A stretch of 64,000 bases of DNA from Camelus dromedarius (taxonomy: Eukaryota). The notes under the pieces are model-generated. The model made no database searches. It was not told where the DNA came from and was given only the letters and a program-made list of their open reading frames with translations. This document shows positions 25,813 through 39,305 of the stretch, one piece after another (the stretch's first letter is position 1; the number at the start of each line of letters is the position of its first letter). The position numbers and the translations under genes were made by a program. Where the stretch lies: NCBI RefSeq assembly GCF_036321535.1, contig NC_087437.1, positions 99,326,001-99,390,000 on the forward strand, in the 5' to 3' direction.

Positions 25813-27527
25813 CCCCAACCACTTATTCACATCACACACTTCTAGTGTACAAACAAATCTCTGAGTCAGATACTGTGGAGAGTCTCTCTAAAAACAGGAC
25901 ACACTTTCTGCCCCCAGTTCTATTCTTGGATAGAACTATACATAAATACATGTTAATGCAAGGCCAGATGTATTAGTTTCTGTAACAGAGGGACAGAGAA
26001 TCTTTACAAAGGAAGAACTTCCTGGAAGACGCAAGATTTGAGCAGAGCTTGAGCCCTAGTGAGGCTCACCACCGGGCGGAGGTGGAGAGTACTGCATGAA
26101 AAGAGACATGACTCCAGGGAGCTATCAAATGGCTAGACATGCCAGTCTACCATAGGTACAGAAACAGAGATGTCTGACAGATGTCTTGGGACCCACAGCA
26201 TAACAGACCTTAAACACTCTGGTGATAGTTCAGGAGCCATTGGAAAATCTGCAGCATATGTTTGAGAAAGGAAGCAGTGTTTAGAACACATTAAAAGGGA
26301 AATAAATTAGGGGTGGGAGTAGTGGGGAGCTAACTACCTGAACTAAAGCAGCGGGAATGGAAATGAGAGAATCAGTTAAGGCAAAACATTTGAAAAAGCA
26401 GATTTGAAAAAAACTTTGAGATTGTTTATGTGGGTGAGTCAGTCCAGAGATTTTGCATTCTACTGACATTGTCCTCGATAGTTAATCCTTGGGAATTGTT
26501 TGATGAGTTCAAAGAGCACTTATAGTTGATCTCATTAGCTAAGGGACTGTTAAAAATCTGCCAAGGCAAGAACCGTTACGGGGTTTGAATGATGACATCT
26601 TTGGAGGCCTTGAACTTTAGAGAAGCGAAACAGAGATATCTTCTATTGTTGCCACAAATTACCATATTTTAAAAAATCATTTCTGAACAAGAAATAGCCC
26701 AAGATGGATCGTATCCCATCTTTTAAGCTCCAACTAGGCAAACATAGTCCTTTTATCTTGTGCCTTCCCTTGACCAAATTCCTCACTCCACATCTAGACT
26801 TACTGTCAGGATATAGATATTTTTGAAATTGTGCACAAAGGTAAATAACTTCAGAGAGTTTAAAGTCTTCATGAGTCATTTTAATTCTGTTAGACTTCAG
26901 TGAAGGAGAGGATAATACTGGAGTGCTTCTCAAGTGGTACATGAAGTCTTCTCTGTACATTCAAGAATATTCTTTATTTAAAACGCTCTCTGGGAATGAG
27001 GGCTTTTAGGGCCACTTCTCCCCATTTTTATGATGCAGGGGAAGTATTTAAATGTTTAAGGAGTAAAATGGTCTGTTGAACTCCCTTTAGACCTCCTAGC
27101 AACAATTTACCAGACGTAAAAATCACATAGTATTGATGGAGAATATCTGAAGCCTGGTTTCCAGGCGCTCTACCCTAGGAATATTTTTCCTTCAACTACT
27201 GAAAATCTTACTCCTCCAAAAAATAGCCTAGCCCTTGTTAAGGTCAAAACAAAAGATCCTCATCAATTCAGAGAAGAGGTAACAAAGTTTAGAAGGTGAC
27301 CATGGTGTTATAATTAATACGTAACTTTTAGATCGATAATTTACCTTAAATTATTCCAACTTTCAGAGAAATCATCCTACTTTATAAGTGCATTAATTAG
27401 AATAAAAGTTTTTATCTGATAATATAGTTTCCAAATAGATTTAGTTACAATAATGGGTAGCATTTATGTGCTGTTAAAATGCTTTGATTTAATGTTTAGC
27501 TTTCTTTTTAATAATGAATACATTTTC

Positions 27528-27677
27528 TTTATCTTTTTCTTTTTTTGGCAGGGGATGGGAAGGAGGTAATTAGGTTTTTCTTTATTTGTTTATTTTTAGA
27601 GGAGGTACTGGGGGTTGAATCCAGGACCTCATGCATGCTAAGCAGGCACTCTACCACTTGAGCTATACCCTCCCCCC
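27528..27677 (-). mobile_element. tRNA-derived SINE, Vic-1-like (camelid), full length with 12-bp TSD
   Basis: The reverse complement GGGGGGAGGGTATAGCTCAAGTGGTAGAGTGCCTGCTTAGCATGCATGAGGTCCTGGATTCAACCCCCAGTACCTCC...A-rich has Pol III A and B boxes. TSD gaatacattttc (27516-27527) / gaataaattttc (27678-27689). Confidence 0.9.
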
Positions 27678-29329
27678 GAATAAATTTTCAAAATATTGAA
27701 AAGAGGACAGGATATCCTAAAAGTGTCTGGGATTACATTTATTCATTCCTGTTCATTGATGGTATCCTTTCAATAAAGTGAGTGGGCAAAGGACTAATTA
27801 GTTATCAGAAAGTATGGGTTTAGCTTAGGTTACTCTCTAGTTGGCCACAAAGCTTGTCTGAGTTCTTAGTTTTTATCCAGGATAACCACTCTATCCACTG
27901 CATAGAATTATTCTGAGGACCAAATTATGACTTTTCAGCATACAGAGAGAGAAGTTTAAAATACTCCCATGGTCTCTCCAGTCTTTTCATACTACTGTGG
28001 CCTAACTCTGCTAACTTCATCCACACGTCCTGTGTTAAATGTCTTTTTGATCACTCACAGCTCTTTAAAGGAGTCTTGGTGCCTAGTCTACCAGTCTCTA
28101 TTTTCACCACCTGGGAGAATGATACAGTTTCTGCATTTCAGTAAAGTAAAATGCTGCAAAAGTGATAAGGATAAAGAAAGAAAGAAATTTATCCTATAAT
28201 TGGTTGCTGTTATAGGATTATTTTTTCCCATATTGCAATTCTTATTATATCATACCGTACTACTTAAGACCTTCCATTAGTGTTTTATCTCTTGGCATTT
28301 AATTTTGGTATTTCTTCAAAGTTATCTTTTGTACCAGTATCTATGATTTGAGGATTAGGGTGAAAATGTGTAATAATCAGGTTCTCATCTTGAAGTTTGT
28401 TTGTTGAGTTCAAATAAAACTGCAACTAAGAATTTTTTTTCTGATAATATAAAGGCTAACTCACACTGACTGTAAAGTAGTATGCAATTGAAGGGAAAAA
28501 CTGTTTCATTTATTGATTTTTGGGGGTAGTGGTATTCTTTATCAGTACTTCTACCTTGTGGGATCGTACTACAGAAGGACTATCTATTTAGGATACATAA
28601 CCTATTATTTGAATAAAGCAGCAAAAAAATAGAAAATGAGGAGTGGAAACAACTCTGGTGCTAAGTTTTTGTGTATGATAACTGGGTAAATCCTTCAGTG
28701 AAGTACATTAGGTCGTTACAGGGATTTGATATGTAAAATAGAGTGAATTTCACATAGTCATGATTCCAACAGGCCGAAATATTTAAGATTAAATAAAACA
28801 TTTCCCAATTAAGAATTACAGGCATACATTACAGTAAGAATAGTTATGCTTTGTGAAGTGTTTCTAAAGTCCTAAAGGATTTGGTGGATCATTGGTCAAA
28901 ATATTCATTAGGATGAATGAGAATGTGTGAGAGTGTATGTTTGGTTTGTTTAGTTTGTCTTCTTTTAAGAGGTAAGATGTATAGGATGTATCTTTTGGTT
29001 CTTTTACAAGGGTAGGATTTTCATTTACCTGTACTTTTTTTTTTTTTTTTTTAAGCCCAGAGAGAAACCTGCATTTTCCTGATGTGTACAGAAAAAATTA
29101 AACATTTTAGCTACTGTTTTATAATTTTTCCATTGGTTATCAAGAGCGATAATATTTCCATCATTCAGAAAGAGGTACAATAATGTTGACAATTCACAAC
29201 AAGCTTATTGTTCACGGGAAATTTACAAATGACTTTTGACTCGCCTAGATTGCTAAAACAAAGCAAAATTAATTTTAGGTCCTACAAGGTAACTATCTCC
29301 AGCTTAATAAGCATCAGGAAGAAGATGAA

Positions 29330-29465
29330 CTGAATAGCAGGAAATACAACTTAGCAGTGAAATTTGTTCAGTTATGGAGGAAAGTTCCAACGGAAATGGT
29401 GGAAGTACTGCATACCAGCACTTGGATAAGTGAAATCCAGCTGGACAAAGGGCTAAATTACATTC
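29330..29465 (+). mobile_element. Possible ancient CR1/L3-like 3' fragment
   Basis: ttatggaggaaagttccaacggaaatggtggaag...ccagctggacaaagggct resembles CR1-clade 3' ends. Judged by eye only. Confidence 0.3.
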
Positions 29466-30715
29466 AGTGAGAATTTAATATTGCTTTAAAAAGGAATGCC
29501 TCCCACATCATTTATTATTATTTAATGAGTCGATTTCTAAGCTGAAACTTTGACATTTTGCTGTCAGTTTTAAGTAAGTTGGGTATATAGGGGTCTAGAA
29601 ATTGGATGTAGACAGGAAACGAAATTATTTTCTCCCTGGTAAGATTTGTTTGCTTATGAATATATAGCTGGTTGTATAATACCCACAGGTCCCTAGCTTC
29701 AATAACACCAAGGGTACAGATGTTTAGCAAATACATGTAATTAGTTAAGTTGAATTGTAAATGTGTATAGAGTGCAATCTTAAATTATGTTTAAGAGAAG
29801 GACACGTTTGGTTTTAATGAAACAGATTTAGTCATAGTGCAGAGCCTTAGAACTGATGACTTAAAATGTATCTTTAAATTGGTAGAAATGCAAAAGAACA
29901 TGGCAGGTTAGAAATGATGGGATGATAACTTAGATTTGATTATAGCAAAATAGAGGTAAGCAGCTATTGAGATTGGATAATGATATGTGAGTTTCTCATC
30001 AGGACTGTAACATGTTTCCACTAATACAGATTAAGAATGTCTGGATGAACTAAAATTATTCCTGTGGCTTTTGCGTAACATAATTAGGTCTTGCTAATGC
30101 AAGGTACTTTTATTAAGTAAAAACTGATGTTAAAAAAATTACGGAAATGGCCACAAGATCAATTGAACTAGGGACAGAGACATTGGCACTCATAACAGTA
30201 AACAAACAAACAAAATTTTATCCATTTTTTAAAATATAGTTTTCAGAATGCAGAGTCTTGTTTATGTCACAAGCACATGAAGGATGGTTTCAATTATGCT
30301 GACCATCTTGCTGGAGCTTGTGCACCAGGTGTCCAGACCACAAAATGGAAAATGCAATCTTTGTCTGCTTTACGTAAATACAGTACTGAGATCAGCCTGT
30401 CTTTTAAGTGCCTGATTGCCATTTAATTACAGAGAATTTCTCTTTAAACAGAGCAACCCAAGAACAACAACAAAATAATATAGCATTCATTTTAGAGCCT
30501 CCTTCTGCTTCCTATTACATGGGAAGAATGGGATATATCTGGAAACTTTATACTACTAGGTTTATTAAGTGGTAGTCATTACCTGTTTTATAAAAGCTAT
30601 CTTAAAATATCTAATGGGAATATTTCTGTTGATTCATAAAAGCCAACTAAAACTATGAGTGCAAAGTATTCATGTTCATTCTAAAGGTGTTTTTAAATAA
30701 GGATTTTAAAGTAAC

Positions 30716-30912
30716 TGTGATGTGGTAAGAAGAGAGTTAAATCTAGAGTGAAACAAGTGGGAATTCAAATTCCAGCTCTGAAGGTTGTGGCATGCTATCT
30801 CTAAGCAAGTTTGTTAACCTCTCTGAGCCTTGATTTATCATCAGTAAAATGAGTCTAATAATCCTTACCCTGGTGGGCTGTTGAGAGAATTAAATGAGGT
30901 AATTTATGTGAA
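30716..30912 (+). mobile_element. MIR SINE
   Basis: ttcaaattccagctctg...gcaagtttgttaacctctctgagcct...tcatcagtaaaatgag...gagagaattaaatgaggtaat. Confidence 0.85.
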
Positions 30913-32007
30913 CCGCCATCTTAAGAATGTTAATTGAATCTGATTTTGAAAAATAATTCACAAGAACTCTCTCGAAGGAGAGAATATGAAATAGATTAAA
31001 TGATATTTTGAGTAAAGTACTACATTTGGAACTATCTTTTATTTATAATTGGGAATTTATCTTTAATTACAGAATAATTGTTTCCTCTTTTTATCTCCTT
31101 TAAGTGAATTATTTAGCTATCTCTTCTCTAACACTCTGTCTGAGAGGTGAATGTTTTTAAATATTTATATCACACTTCTAAAAATATTTCTCAATTCTTT
31201 TTTCCTAAGCTCTTTTTTGAAGATTTAGAGAAGTTTTTTTTTCTATTTCATTCTTATGTTTCATATCTAGCATTTCTGCCTTTATTTTATTAGTTGCATT
31301 TGAATAACCTGGCACATGGGCCCATCTTGCAGATACAGCAAGTTGCGGGTACTATAGTTCAGTCTTCAATCAGTTCCTTGCCCTTACTTTTTGTACATAA
31401 GGACTGGCTTAGATATTTAGGTGACTAATAAGGCCCTGATATTATATTAATAGGCCTTTCTTTCCTTCTGTATTATTTAATAGAAGACAAACATGAACCT
31501 GCCAATTAGCAAACCATCAGGACTCTGGTTCTGTCTTCTTTTCCATCTAGCCCCTCTTGCACCCCTATGGAAACTATATCCTTAAGATGTGCCTGGAAGA
31601 AAGTGGGAGAACAAAATGGTAACGTAAATTTGGTCACTGAACTTTCTTAACTTTAATGACCTTCACCATTTTATTCCCTGTCAGAAGTAACAGTAATGTA
31701 GGTATAACACCAATATTTGTTTCCCACATTTCACATTTATTTAGCACATTCCATGAATAGGATTTGGTAGTAAAATGATAAAAAGGAAAAGAAAACCCAT
31801 ATCTTAACAAGTATTTTATTTTGTATTAGGCAATAAATATAAAAATAGAAAGTGAGATACGAGCGAATGGCAAATTGCAAACTATTATCAGAAATGAAGA
31901 ACTATTAGTCTTTTCAGTAAGTTTTTATATCATCGATTAAGATTTAACTTTCATTTTGAAGTAAATTTTTTACCTTTTTTTCCTCTATACTCTTTCTTTA
32001 AAAAAAA

Positions 32008-32526
32008 TTTTTTTTTATTGAAGTATAGTTGATTTACAATGTTAGTTTCAGGTGTACAGCAAAGTGATTCAATTATATATATATATATAATTGAATATAT
32101 ATAATATATATATACACATACATACATATATATACACACACACACATATATACATATATATTTTTTCTTTTCAGATTCTTTTCCATTATATGCTATACAA
32201 GAAACTAAATATAGTTTCCTGTGTTATACAGTATGTCTTTGTTGTTTATCTATTTTATATACAGTAATGTGTGTCTGTTAATCCCCAACCCCTAATTTAT
32301 CCCTCCCTGTCCTTTCCCCTTTGATAACCATAGTTTGTTTTCTATGTCCTTGAGTCTATTTTTGGTTTGTAAATAGAATTTGCATCATTTTTAAGATTCC
32401 ACGTATAAATGATAGCATATATTTGTCTTTCTGTCTGACTTACTTTACTCAATTTGATAATCTCTAGGTCCATCCATGTTGCTGCAAATGGCATTATTGC
32501 ATTCTTTTTTATGGCCAAGTAATATT

Positions 32527-32577
<51 letters not shown>

Positions 32578-32637
32578 ACCACATCTTCTTTATCCAGTCA
32601 TTTGTTGATAGACATTTTGGTCTTGGCTACTGTAAAT
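32008..32637 (-). mobile_element. L1 3' end with internal (TA/CA)n and (TG)n microsatellites
   Basis: tttattgaagtatagttgatttacaat...ggtccatccatgttgctgcaaatggc. The minus ORF 32342-32584 contains EYYLAIKKNAIMPFAATWMDLEII (L1 ORF2 C-terminus). (TG)n at 32529-32575. Confidence 0.95.
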
Positions 32638-34544
32638 ATGTTTTACCTTTTAAAATATATTAGTGCTGAATAGTAAATTAAAATGAAATTAATGTTACTT
32701 AAAAAGAGAGTATTTTTTTACCAGTGCTATAGTTAAAATATAGTTTTATTTAATAAATCATCATTCTTAAGCAAAAACCAATTCTATTAACCAATTAGTT
32801 CTATTAACCAATTGTTCTGACTTATTGTATAAATTAAGTTAGTGGGTATTAAAGAACTCAGATGATCAAAATTTAGTTGGGTTCATCAAAGAATTGTTGG
32901 AGGAGGAATTTTCATTATAGTTTTAAACACATTTAACAAGTAGCTCTTTATGCTAGGTGTTTTTGTGCTTAGTTATCATTCATTATTCCAATTTAGAGAT
33001 TGTGAAACAGTCTGAGAAAGATTAAATGCCTTCTCAAAGTCAGTTTTCCAAGTCCATTGATCTTTGTAACCACACCCCAAGAGAGAGAGACTTCTAAAGA
33101 AAACTAAATCTGATCCTTTTCAATCTGAAATCTACCAGAAATTCTTATTTCTTTATGAGTTTTTTCTCTGACACTGAAGTACTCACAGTTCTTAGAATTA
33201 CTGATATTCTTTCTCTAAACTTATTCTTGGGTAATATTGCTTAGAAATAAAGCTTGCTTAATATTTCCAGAACAAAATAAATAACTTATATAAGTACTTA
33301 CATTTACTGCATTTAGATTTGTTTCATTGTGTTAAATAGCAATCTGATAATAGCATGGACATAGTTTGGACATACCATAATATACTAAAACAGTCTCATA
33401 TTGTTAGATGCTTATATTGGTTCTGCTACTTTATTATTTCTAACAGCCTTGTAAGTAGTACTACTGTTCATGCCTTCTTTTGCAGAAGTGGACTTACTAG
33501 TTAAAAGCTGAATTTTAAAATTGCCCTTCAACAATTTTCTTGACAGTTTATACTTTTACCAACAATGTCTTTAAGTCTCAATATTAAGAGAAAATGCAGG
33601 ACATAGAACAATATATATAATTAATCATATGTGTTAAAAACCACATATGTAATTGTGTAACATAATAACTTGAATGATATACCCTAAATACTTACCTCTG
33701 GGGAAAGGAATAAATGTAAAGAAGGGGAAGAATGGAAACTTTTTTATATCAAATATTTGTGTATTGTGTGACTCTTTTACAATTAAAATGAGTGTATACA
33801 CTGTATGTATTACAAAAATTAAAATAGAGACTCAAATGTAATTAAATATAGAGGTACAAAGTGAACAGTGTGAAAGCATCAATTCTAAATTTCAGAGCTA
33901 TAATATAATAGCATTCAGATTCAAATATGTCTAGGTGTATTTTATGGTCTGAAACTCTTCATATGTACTAACATGTGAACTTATTTTTATAGGTAAAAAT
34001 GGTAAAATAATAAAGCTATCTCCGTTTCCAGAACAAATCATTTCCATCTGTACCACTGGATAAGTGTAGTTCTGACTCAACCACATGAATAACATTACAA
34101 ATGTTTTTAAATATCACTATTTGCTGAAGACCTGAAGCAATTCACATGCTTTGCCTATGGTTAGTTTTGGCAATAGAAACAAGACAGCTAATAGTATTTT
34201 AAGCTGTCTCTAGAAATAGCACTAATTGAACTTAAGCTGAATATGCAGTTTATTTCAGTTGCTTTCTTTCTCCCTAAACTCTAAAGTTCAAAGTTTAACT
34301 TGGAGTTGTTTTCTCAAGTTTAGTTATAGCCAAAGTCCATGAAATGATTTATGTCTGTCAATAGTTGACCTAATAGATTTGTCCTGTGTTGACACGTTGT
34401 TCTTTTCATGCTAGAGTGTTTATGTAATATAGGTATATTATTTTCAGTGAGCTCTACCTTAAAATGAGATTAGAAAATAAATCATGAGGAGTTTTAACAA
34501 TCATTTAGAAATGTTCAGGGGGCTTTGGTGGGGTTTGGGTGAAG

Positions 34545-35900
34545 TCATTCATTCAGTAATTAATTCATTGTTCTTCTTTATTCATTCTTGAATAGCATCA
34601 ATCATTTATTGAATACCAGTCATGTTAGTAGAGTTATCAAGACAAGACCAGTAGAGTGAAGTGAAAGGTATAAAATCAATGAGTTTCATAAAATATTAGA
34701 GTTGCTATGTGAGAACTTAGTACAAACAGGAGTAAAATAACCAAGAAGAGCCCCTTCTACCGGGACAGTCAAGGAATACTCATTTAAGTAGGGAAGCAGG
34801 ATCTGGATAGACAGAGAGAAGAATACTCATGGGTAGAGATGGGCCCACATTTCTGATATGACACAGTTTGAAAGGAGGGAAAAAAAAAGCAAAGCATCAA
34901 ACAACAGGTCTGGTATATGCTACTGCTACAGTATGCAGATAGGGTTTGGTGAGAGGTAAGACTGAAGATAAGGAGATAAAGCAGGGGTCAGATCTCAGAA
35001 AGATCAGAAGCCATGAAAAAGTCCATAGACTTTTTCCTTTGAGCAGTGAAGACCTTCTAAAGACTTTTCAGCAGGAAAACAATTGAGCTGTATAATTTAG
35101 AAAGAAACTTTTGGAGATAATACAAAAGATGAAGAGGGGAAGCACAGTAAGAGGAATTAAAGTTATTCATTCAGGTATATTGAGGCATGAAATAAGGCCA
35201 GAGTGTATTGGGTATGGAGATGAGGTGATGCAGGGTATGCTAGGGAAGTAGTATTGACAAGACTGGGTCAGTGATAAAATTTGGAAGATGTGGAAAATGC
35301 AGTAATAATGGCTGACTCTCAGGCAAGTCATGAGCCAATGAGTAGTAGGAATGCTACCCACCGACAGGAATAGGATGGGAGGTTTGGGAGGGAAGGTAAG
35401 GAACTCTATTTAACCATGCTTTGTTTAAAGTGTATATGGGACTCCCAGGTAGAGATGCCAAGTAACCAGCTGAATGTGAGCCTACAGGTCAGAATACAAG
35501 AGTGGATTAGAGATACAGATTTGTTGATCATTAGCATTTAATAAATTGAGTTTTAATATTACTTATGATGAAATGTTGAGAGGAGAAAGAAAAACATTAG
35601 GAACAGCAATGTGCAGAAATGTCACATTTAAGAGGAGGAGGAGCCAGTAAAAGTGCTTGCCAAAATAACCCATAAGGTGTCACAATTAGGAGTTTCTTGG
35701 GGACCTCTGTGAGGCCAGTTTGAGTAATGCAGAGGAAGTGGAAACACCCACTTAGTAGCATAGTAGAATTAAAAATAAATGGAGGAGTTCAAATGAACAA
35801 GTTCGTGTCCTTTTTGAGGAGCTTAACTGTGAAATAGAGGGGAGGACGCTAACTAGAGGGATTCACAAGGTAGAGAGATGTATTAATTGTCAAAATAAGG
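34545..35900 (-). mobile_element. Degenerate L2
   Basis: cattcattcag...atttattgaatacc...gcaggggtcagatc...ccaggtagagatgccaagtaaccagctg...agagatacagatttg. Confidence 0.7.
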
Positions 35901-36149
35901 GAAACATGAGCATTTTTAATGATTTGTGAGGAAGGAGCTGGTAGAGCAAGAAGTTGAGAATACAGAAGATGTGGGAATTACTCAAGACGCACCTTAACAT
36001 GATAGAACAGAAATGGCAGGCTGTCTATTGTCCTTATTATGAAGGAACTGTGGTCGATAAAGTAGAAGTTATGGTATTTGACAGAACATTTTGTATACCA
36101 TGACGTATAACAAGTATTTTTAAACCTACGTAGTCAAAATGGTCAAAGT

Positions 36150-36540
36150 AGTGGTAGTCTTCCCTCCCATTCTCCTTCTGCTCCACCGTGTATAAGTATG
36201 TCTGTCTCTTCCTAAACCTGTTAAAAAAAAAACAAAAAAAAAAAACTACAGTACCTCCTTGCTCAAGCCAAAACCTTGAGTCATCCTCAATTCTCTTCAC
36301 AGTTCATTCTCCAGACGTATCTATCTGCTGCATCTGCTCCTGTCCATTTCCATTACTGCTTTCTAACTGAAAGCATCAGTATGTTATGCTTGTACTATAG
36401 GCAGTCTTCTAACTTTTCTTCCTGCGTTATCTAGAGCCATCCCACCCCTACTTCTACATCTGTTCTCAACTTTGCAGCCAGAGTAATGTCATAAAAAGGT
36501 TAATCAAGTCATGTTATTCTCCAGTTTAAACTCTTCATAA
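36150..36540 (+). mobile_element. L2 fragment
   Basis: ttgctcaagccaaaaccttgagtcatcctcaattct...gcagccagagtaatg...aatcaagtcatgtta. Confidence 0.7.
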
Positions 36541-38417
36541 CGTACAATGGGCATGGGTAAATGATGATCGCCATCATTGTTATTAGGCGTTTTTCCCTTT
36601 TAGTGGTCCCTTTTCCTTCCCTTAACTCTATGTAGCAAAAACATTATTAAAAGAAATTGGTCATCTTATTTCAAACATATAGTAGTTGATAGCGTTGTGG
36701 CAAATAGAGTCAGCATCAATGTGGCTTATTTCTGTCATAAACACTTGGCCCCTAGTTAATGTCTTGCTTGAATGAATGGGAATGAAACATTGTTTCTATC
36801 ACTTGCATTTTACTGGCTCCTCTGATTGCCAGTCATAAGCAAAATAATACTTAGAGAAGATAATCTTTAACATTTTTTTCTAACCAGATGACAGATAATA
36901 TCAATGCATGCACCATTTGTTTCAGGGATATAAATAAGAGTGACATTTTTAAGTAGAGAGAGAAATAGAACAAAAGAGGGACACTCTGATATTTGATATT
37001 TAAAAAAGAATTCAAGTTTCACAACCAAGATATATATAAAATGGCAGTTATTAGGAATAAAAGCATAGCATACGACAGTTAGCTCTGAGGTCTTCCTTAG
37101 GAAGTCGCTAAATTTAATTCTAGAAGTGCAGAGCAGTTCAGAAAAATCTATAGAGATCTCATCTACTGGAAGAAATTTACTCTAAGGAAGATAGGATGAA
37201 ATTGGTCAAAGATGATGGTTACAAACCTTGGTGGTGCAGCTGATTATGACTTCTGAATGTCATAATTCTGAAAGATAATATCCTTAAATGATGGAGCTGG
37301 TCAGTAGAAGTGGTAGATTCAAGGTCAGAGATTTCTAGTGAATATATAGATACATTATTATAGTATTATTATAGTATTTTATGTATTAGAATTTTATTTT
37401 TGTAATACCTTCCATAAAATGCTCCTTATGTCCTAAGTGTATGAGAATGAAAGAAACACTTCTTAGCTTAGCTGTGAAGATGTGGGAGACCCCTTGTGGG
37501 TCTATTCTCTAAGTTGTTTTTTTTTAGTGACGTGATTCACTATTCAGTATATTAAATGTCATATGAAGGGAGTTTATGGGGAATCTGGAAGTTAACTGGT
37601 AAAACAGAAGCATTCCTCAGTGATCTGAGACAGGAGCTACATTCACAGACTTTGGACTGTCCATCTCCAGGGAACCTAACCAATAATCATTTTACACTTG
37701 GTTCTGCATATTTCTCTGTTAGTTGTTTTAATTTAGGCAGAACTTGGGCTCATGTTTAGTAGTTATTTTGGGCTCGTCTGTATTTCCAAAGCCATTAAGA
37801 TAATGCAGCTAAACAGGAAAGTAGTTACTTATATCTTTATTGGTAAGAGGCATGAAAATGAAGGTGTGAGAAAGGTGGTTTAGTAGTCTAGAAATTCTAT
37901 CTTTTATGTTTAAACTATGACATCCTATTTTGCAAATGCCTGCTATAAGCAGAACACTGAACTCATTGCTAAATATGAAACAGTAGTTAAGAAATTATTT
38001 CCAGAACAGATCTCAAGGCCTTTATTTTGCTCTTGCATGTGGAATCTATTTACTCATTTGCACATGTGGAACTTTTAATCTCTACAGGATGTTTTTAAGC
38101 TTCAGACTGAGTCTGAAAGTTGAGATATTCAGATCAGTCAGCAAATAAAAGTTTCCTTCTAAAATATTCAGTGGAAAAATATGCATTTCAATTTTTGAAG
38201 GATTTATTAAAATCCTATCTACAAAATACCTATCTACATGTCAAAGGTATTCATATGTTTAGCTAAGTATTTGACGGGTTAAAAAAAATTTATTGGAAAC
38301 CAGCCTTGGCTCATAATAGAGCAGCATTCTAAAATACTAGTATCTTAGCTGTATTTGCATTCTAATATCATTTAATTGGATAGAAATATATATTCAATAC
38401 TTTAGTGAATCAAGGTC

Positions 38418-38650
38418 ATTAGAATTAAATTTTATGAAGGCAGGTCCTTTATCTGTCTTAATCATTACCCAGTGCCCAATTCAGTGCATGGTATATCAGA
38501 GCCTTAATAAATGTTTTAAAACAATACCATAGAAAAGGATAGCTAAAGACTTGAGACTTAGCATTTGGTCATTAGTACTACCTCTAAACTAAGATCTTAG
38601 CTAAGCTATTTCTCCTTCACTGAGTCTCAATTTCCTCATCTTTTAAAAAT
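38418..38650 (+). mobile_element. L2 3' end followed by a MIR fragment
   Basis: atgaaggcaggtcctttatctgtc...ccagtgcc...aataaatgttt, then ctgagtctcaatttcctcatct. Confidence 0.65.
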
Positions 38651-39244
38651 AAGAATTTTTTTGATTGATGAGTAGTTATCTAGTTTTATAACAGTACTTG
38701 GCAATTAAAGTATATATCTGAATAAGCTTGTAATTCCTACCTTGAAATAAATTTTTCTACAAGTGATACAACTGCCAAACTTATTCACTAGTTCAGCTGG
38801 TACATGGACATAAACATTTCATGATACAGATTTTGTCTTAATCACACAAAAACATCGTAATACAGTTTTCCCCTAAAGAAAGTTTGCATTGAAAAATAAG
38901 AACATAGTGGTGCAATCTCTTGACTTTAAGGGAAGTATCAAGTCAGAGTCAGAATGAATTATTTCTTTTATCTGCAGTGTGGTTCCTATAGGTCAGGGTT
39001 GAGATTGAGGGCAGACAGACTGGAGCAGTACACTAAGGTGCATGAACGGTGGTATGTGAATAAATAAAAGGGCATGATACTTCCTGACTTTATACAATAT
39101 TCATATTAAACGAAAATCCCATCTTGAATGTATCCTTGTGGAAATCTGGAACTGATATGGTCTCAGATGATATGGAATTAATATATTATAAAATAATTTA
39201 GAAAGTATGTGTTATTGATCCTCCTCAACCACTCTCATTTTCAG

Positions 39245-39305
39245 ATCTTAAGGAATTTTACTGGGATAATTGTCCAAATGAAGTTCCAAGCATTCTATCC
39301 AAATG
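39245..39305 (+). other. Candidate internal exon, 61 nt (probably 5' UTR/uORF or lncRNA)
   Basis: Acceptor ctcctcaaccactctcattttcag| (AG 39243-39244) and consensus donor ATG|GTAAGT (39306-39311), in non-repeat sequence. Confidence 0.7.

Noticed and set aside
27600..27677. tRNA-Ala-like gene on the minus strand
   Set aside because: It continues into a SINE body and A-rich tail and is bounded by TSDs, so it is a SINE head and not a tRNA gene.
32776..32818. Short tandem duplications (ttctattaaccaatt twice; also attttcctttagata twice at 46736-46765)
   Set aside because: Ordinary slippage duplications with only two units and no spacers; not CRISPR-like.
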